Assembly (NCBI GenBank): GCA_011109175.1
Contig: RDEW01000021.1
Coordinates: 11,080-75,079, forward strand
Length of the DNA: 64,000 bases
Reading direction: 5' to 3'
Source: Dicyema japonicum
Taxonomy: Eukaryota; Animalia; Dicyemida
Part shown: one piece after another, positions 63,110-64,000 of the stretch
How positions within the stretch are numbered: the first letter of the stretch is position 1
Layout of the letters: each line of letters begins with the position of its first letter
Notes under the pieces: model-generated
Databases searched by the model: none
What the model was told of the DNA's origin: nothing
The model's input: only the letters and a program-made list of their open reading frames with translations
Program-made: the position numbers and the translations under genes

Positions 63110-63420
63110 GGTTACATCAAACTAACTAATCACGTGATCCCATCACGCTCTAGCAGAGACCGATGCTCGTTCATCAACGTCGCACAAGCTCGTATCAGCC
63201 GAATGACTGGATCTTCACGATGGCACGTTCCACGATTCATCCGCATCATGGATTCTAGAGGCATTGGAGACTAGGACTCTTCAGAAGTCCGTCGTTCCGT
63301 AATTTTGTAGGACAATTGTCAAAGAAATGGATGGAACCCAGATTCCACATGCAATGCGTGTATTTTTTGTATATAGAATTCAAAATAGGATTGTTGCCGA
63401 TCTTCCATAAGCCAAATAAA
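63110..63420 (-). mobile_element. LINE 3' fragment (GGGATCAC-end family)
   Basis: IRACATLMNEHRSLLERDGIT* followed by ttagttag. Confidence 0.75.
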
Positions 63421-63578
63421 CATTTAAATACATATATCTTTTTTCAAATTTTGTTAAAACATTTTCAACAAATAAATAAATAAAACAGCGAAATTAATTA
63501 AAAATATTTTAAAATTATATTATTTTTATTAAATTAATTTATAAAGACACGCTGACTGCTTTTTGTTCTGTTGTTAAC

Positions 63579-64000
63579 ATGGAAAACCCTATGACAATAA
63601 ATAGCGAGGATAACAACTCAATGAGCCCTAATAAATCTAACCAATCAGAATCCAACACTGCATATCAATTGATAGCGGATGCTCCGATTGAATACGAAGA
63701 GCGAGATGACGTAATTGAGGACGTCCCTCAAAACGACGTTGTTTTAGGCTAGTAAATCTGTAGAACGACAAGGAGGATACCTCAGCGACTGTAAATGTTC
63801 ACTATCTTACTCAACAGGGACAGAAATTGGATGAATCTCCGAACGTATCACTTTCCGCCCTATTAACCCTTTATAGGAGAAAAGAGGGGACACGCGTGTC
63901 ATAAGAGTTAGATTATTGTCATAATATAAGTACGGAGACAAAAAGGACGGGAGAAGTCATCGCTCGGATCACGGTAGGCACTATTCTAGACGTGACTCTG
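63579..64000 (+). CDS. 5' part of an unknown acidic, low-complexity protein with micro-exons (runs off the window)
   Basis: ATG 63579; introns 63738-63, 63791-817, 63845-76, 63907-30; exons of 27, 27 and 30 nt keep an open frame. Confidence 0.7.

Noticed and set aside
1-64000. Prokaryotic systems (CRISPR, operons, defence islands) or telomeric arrays
   Set aside because: No repeat-spacer array, no bacterial gene organisation and no tandem telomere repeats were seen.

Overview
AT-rich eukaryotic nuclear DNA from an animal (it carries an HR96/DAF-12-type C4 nuclear receptor). The host genes are broken by extremely short GT-AG introns, mostly 21-27 nt, which is why the ORF track is fragmented. 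This points to a dicyemid mesozoan or a similarly miniaturised spiralian (inference). Positions ~1-33 kb and ~38-49 kb are mostly decayed transposons: APE-RT LINEs (jockey/I-like and RTE), RLE-type CRE-like and R4/Dong-like elements, Buster/SPIN-type hATs, pogo ends, a tRNA-SINE, and a 28S rRNA fragment fused to a LINE tail. Host genes assembled by hand: a C-type lectin-mucin-TM receptor, a LOXHD1-like PLAT-repeat gene, RNase T2, an NR1J-like receptor, a C2H2 protein, ZNF830, RPF2, an FBXW10-like F-box/WD40 gene and a micro-exon gene at the right edge. The strongest leads are (1) an RNase T2 with intact catalytic motifs but no cysteine and no signal peptide, (2) strong enrichment of CACGTG in host-gene DNA, (3) the micro-intron/micro-exon splicing regime, and (4) the LINE-28S junction and a near-intact RLE retrotransposon. 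Several frameshifts sit at homopolymers and look like assembly errors. Host-gene coordinates were checked by hand; boundaries of decayed TEs are approximate. No database searches were run.
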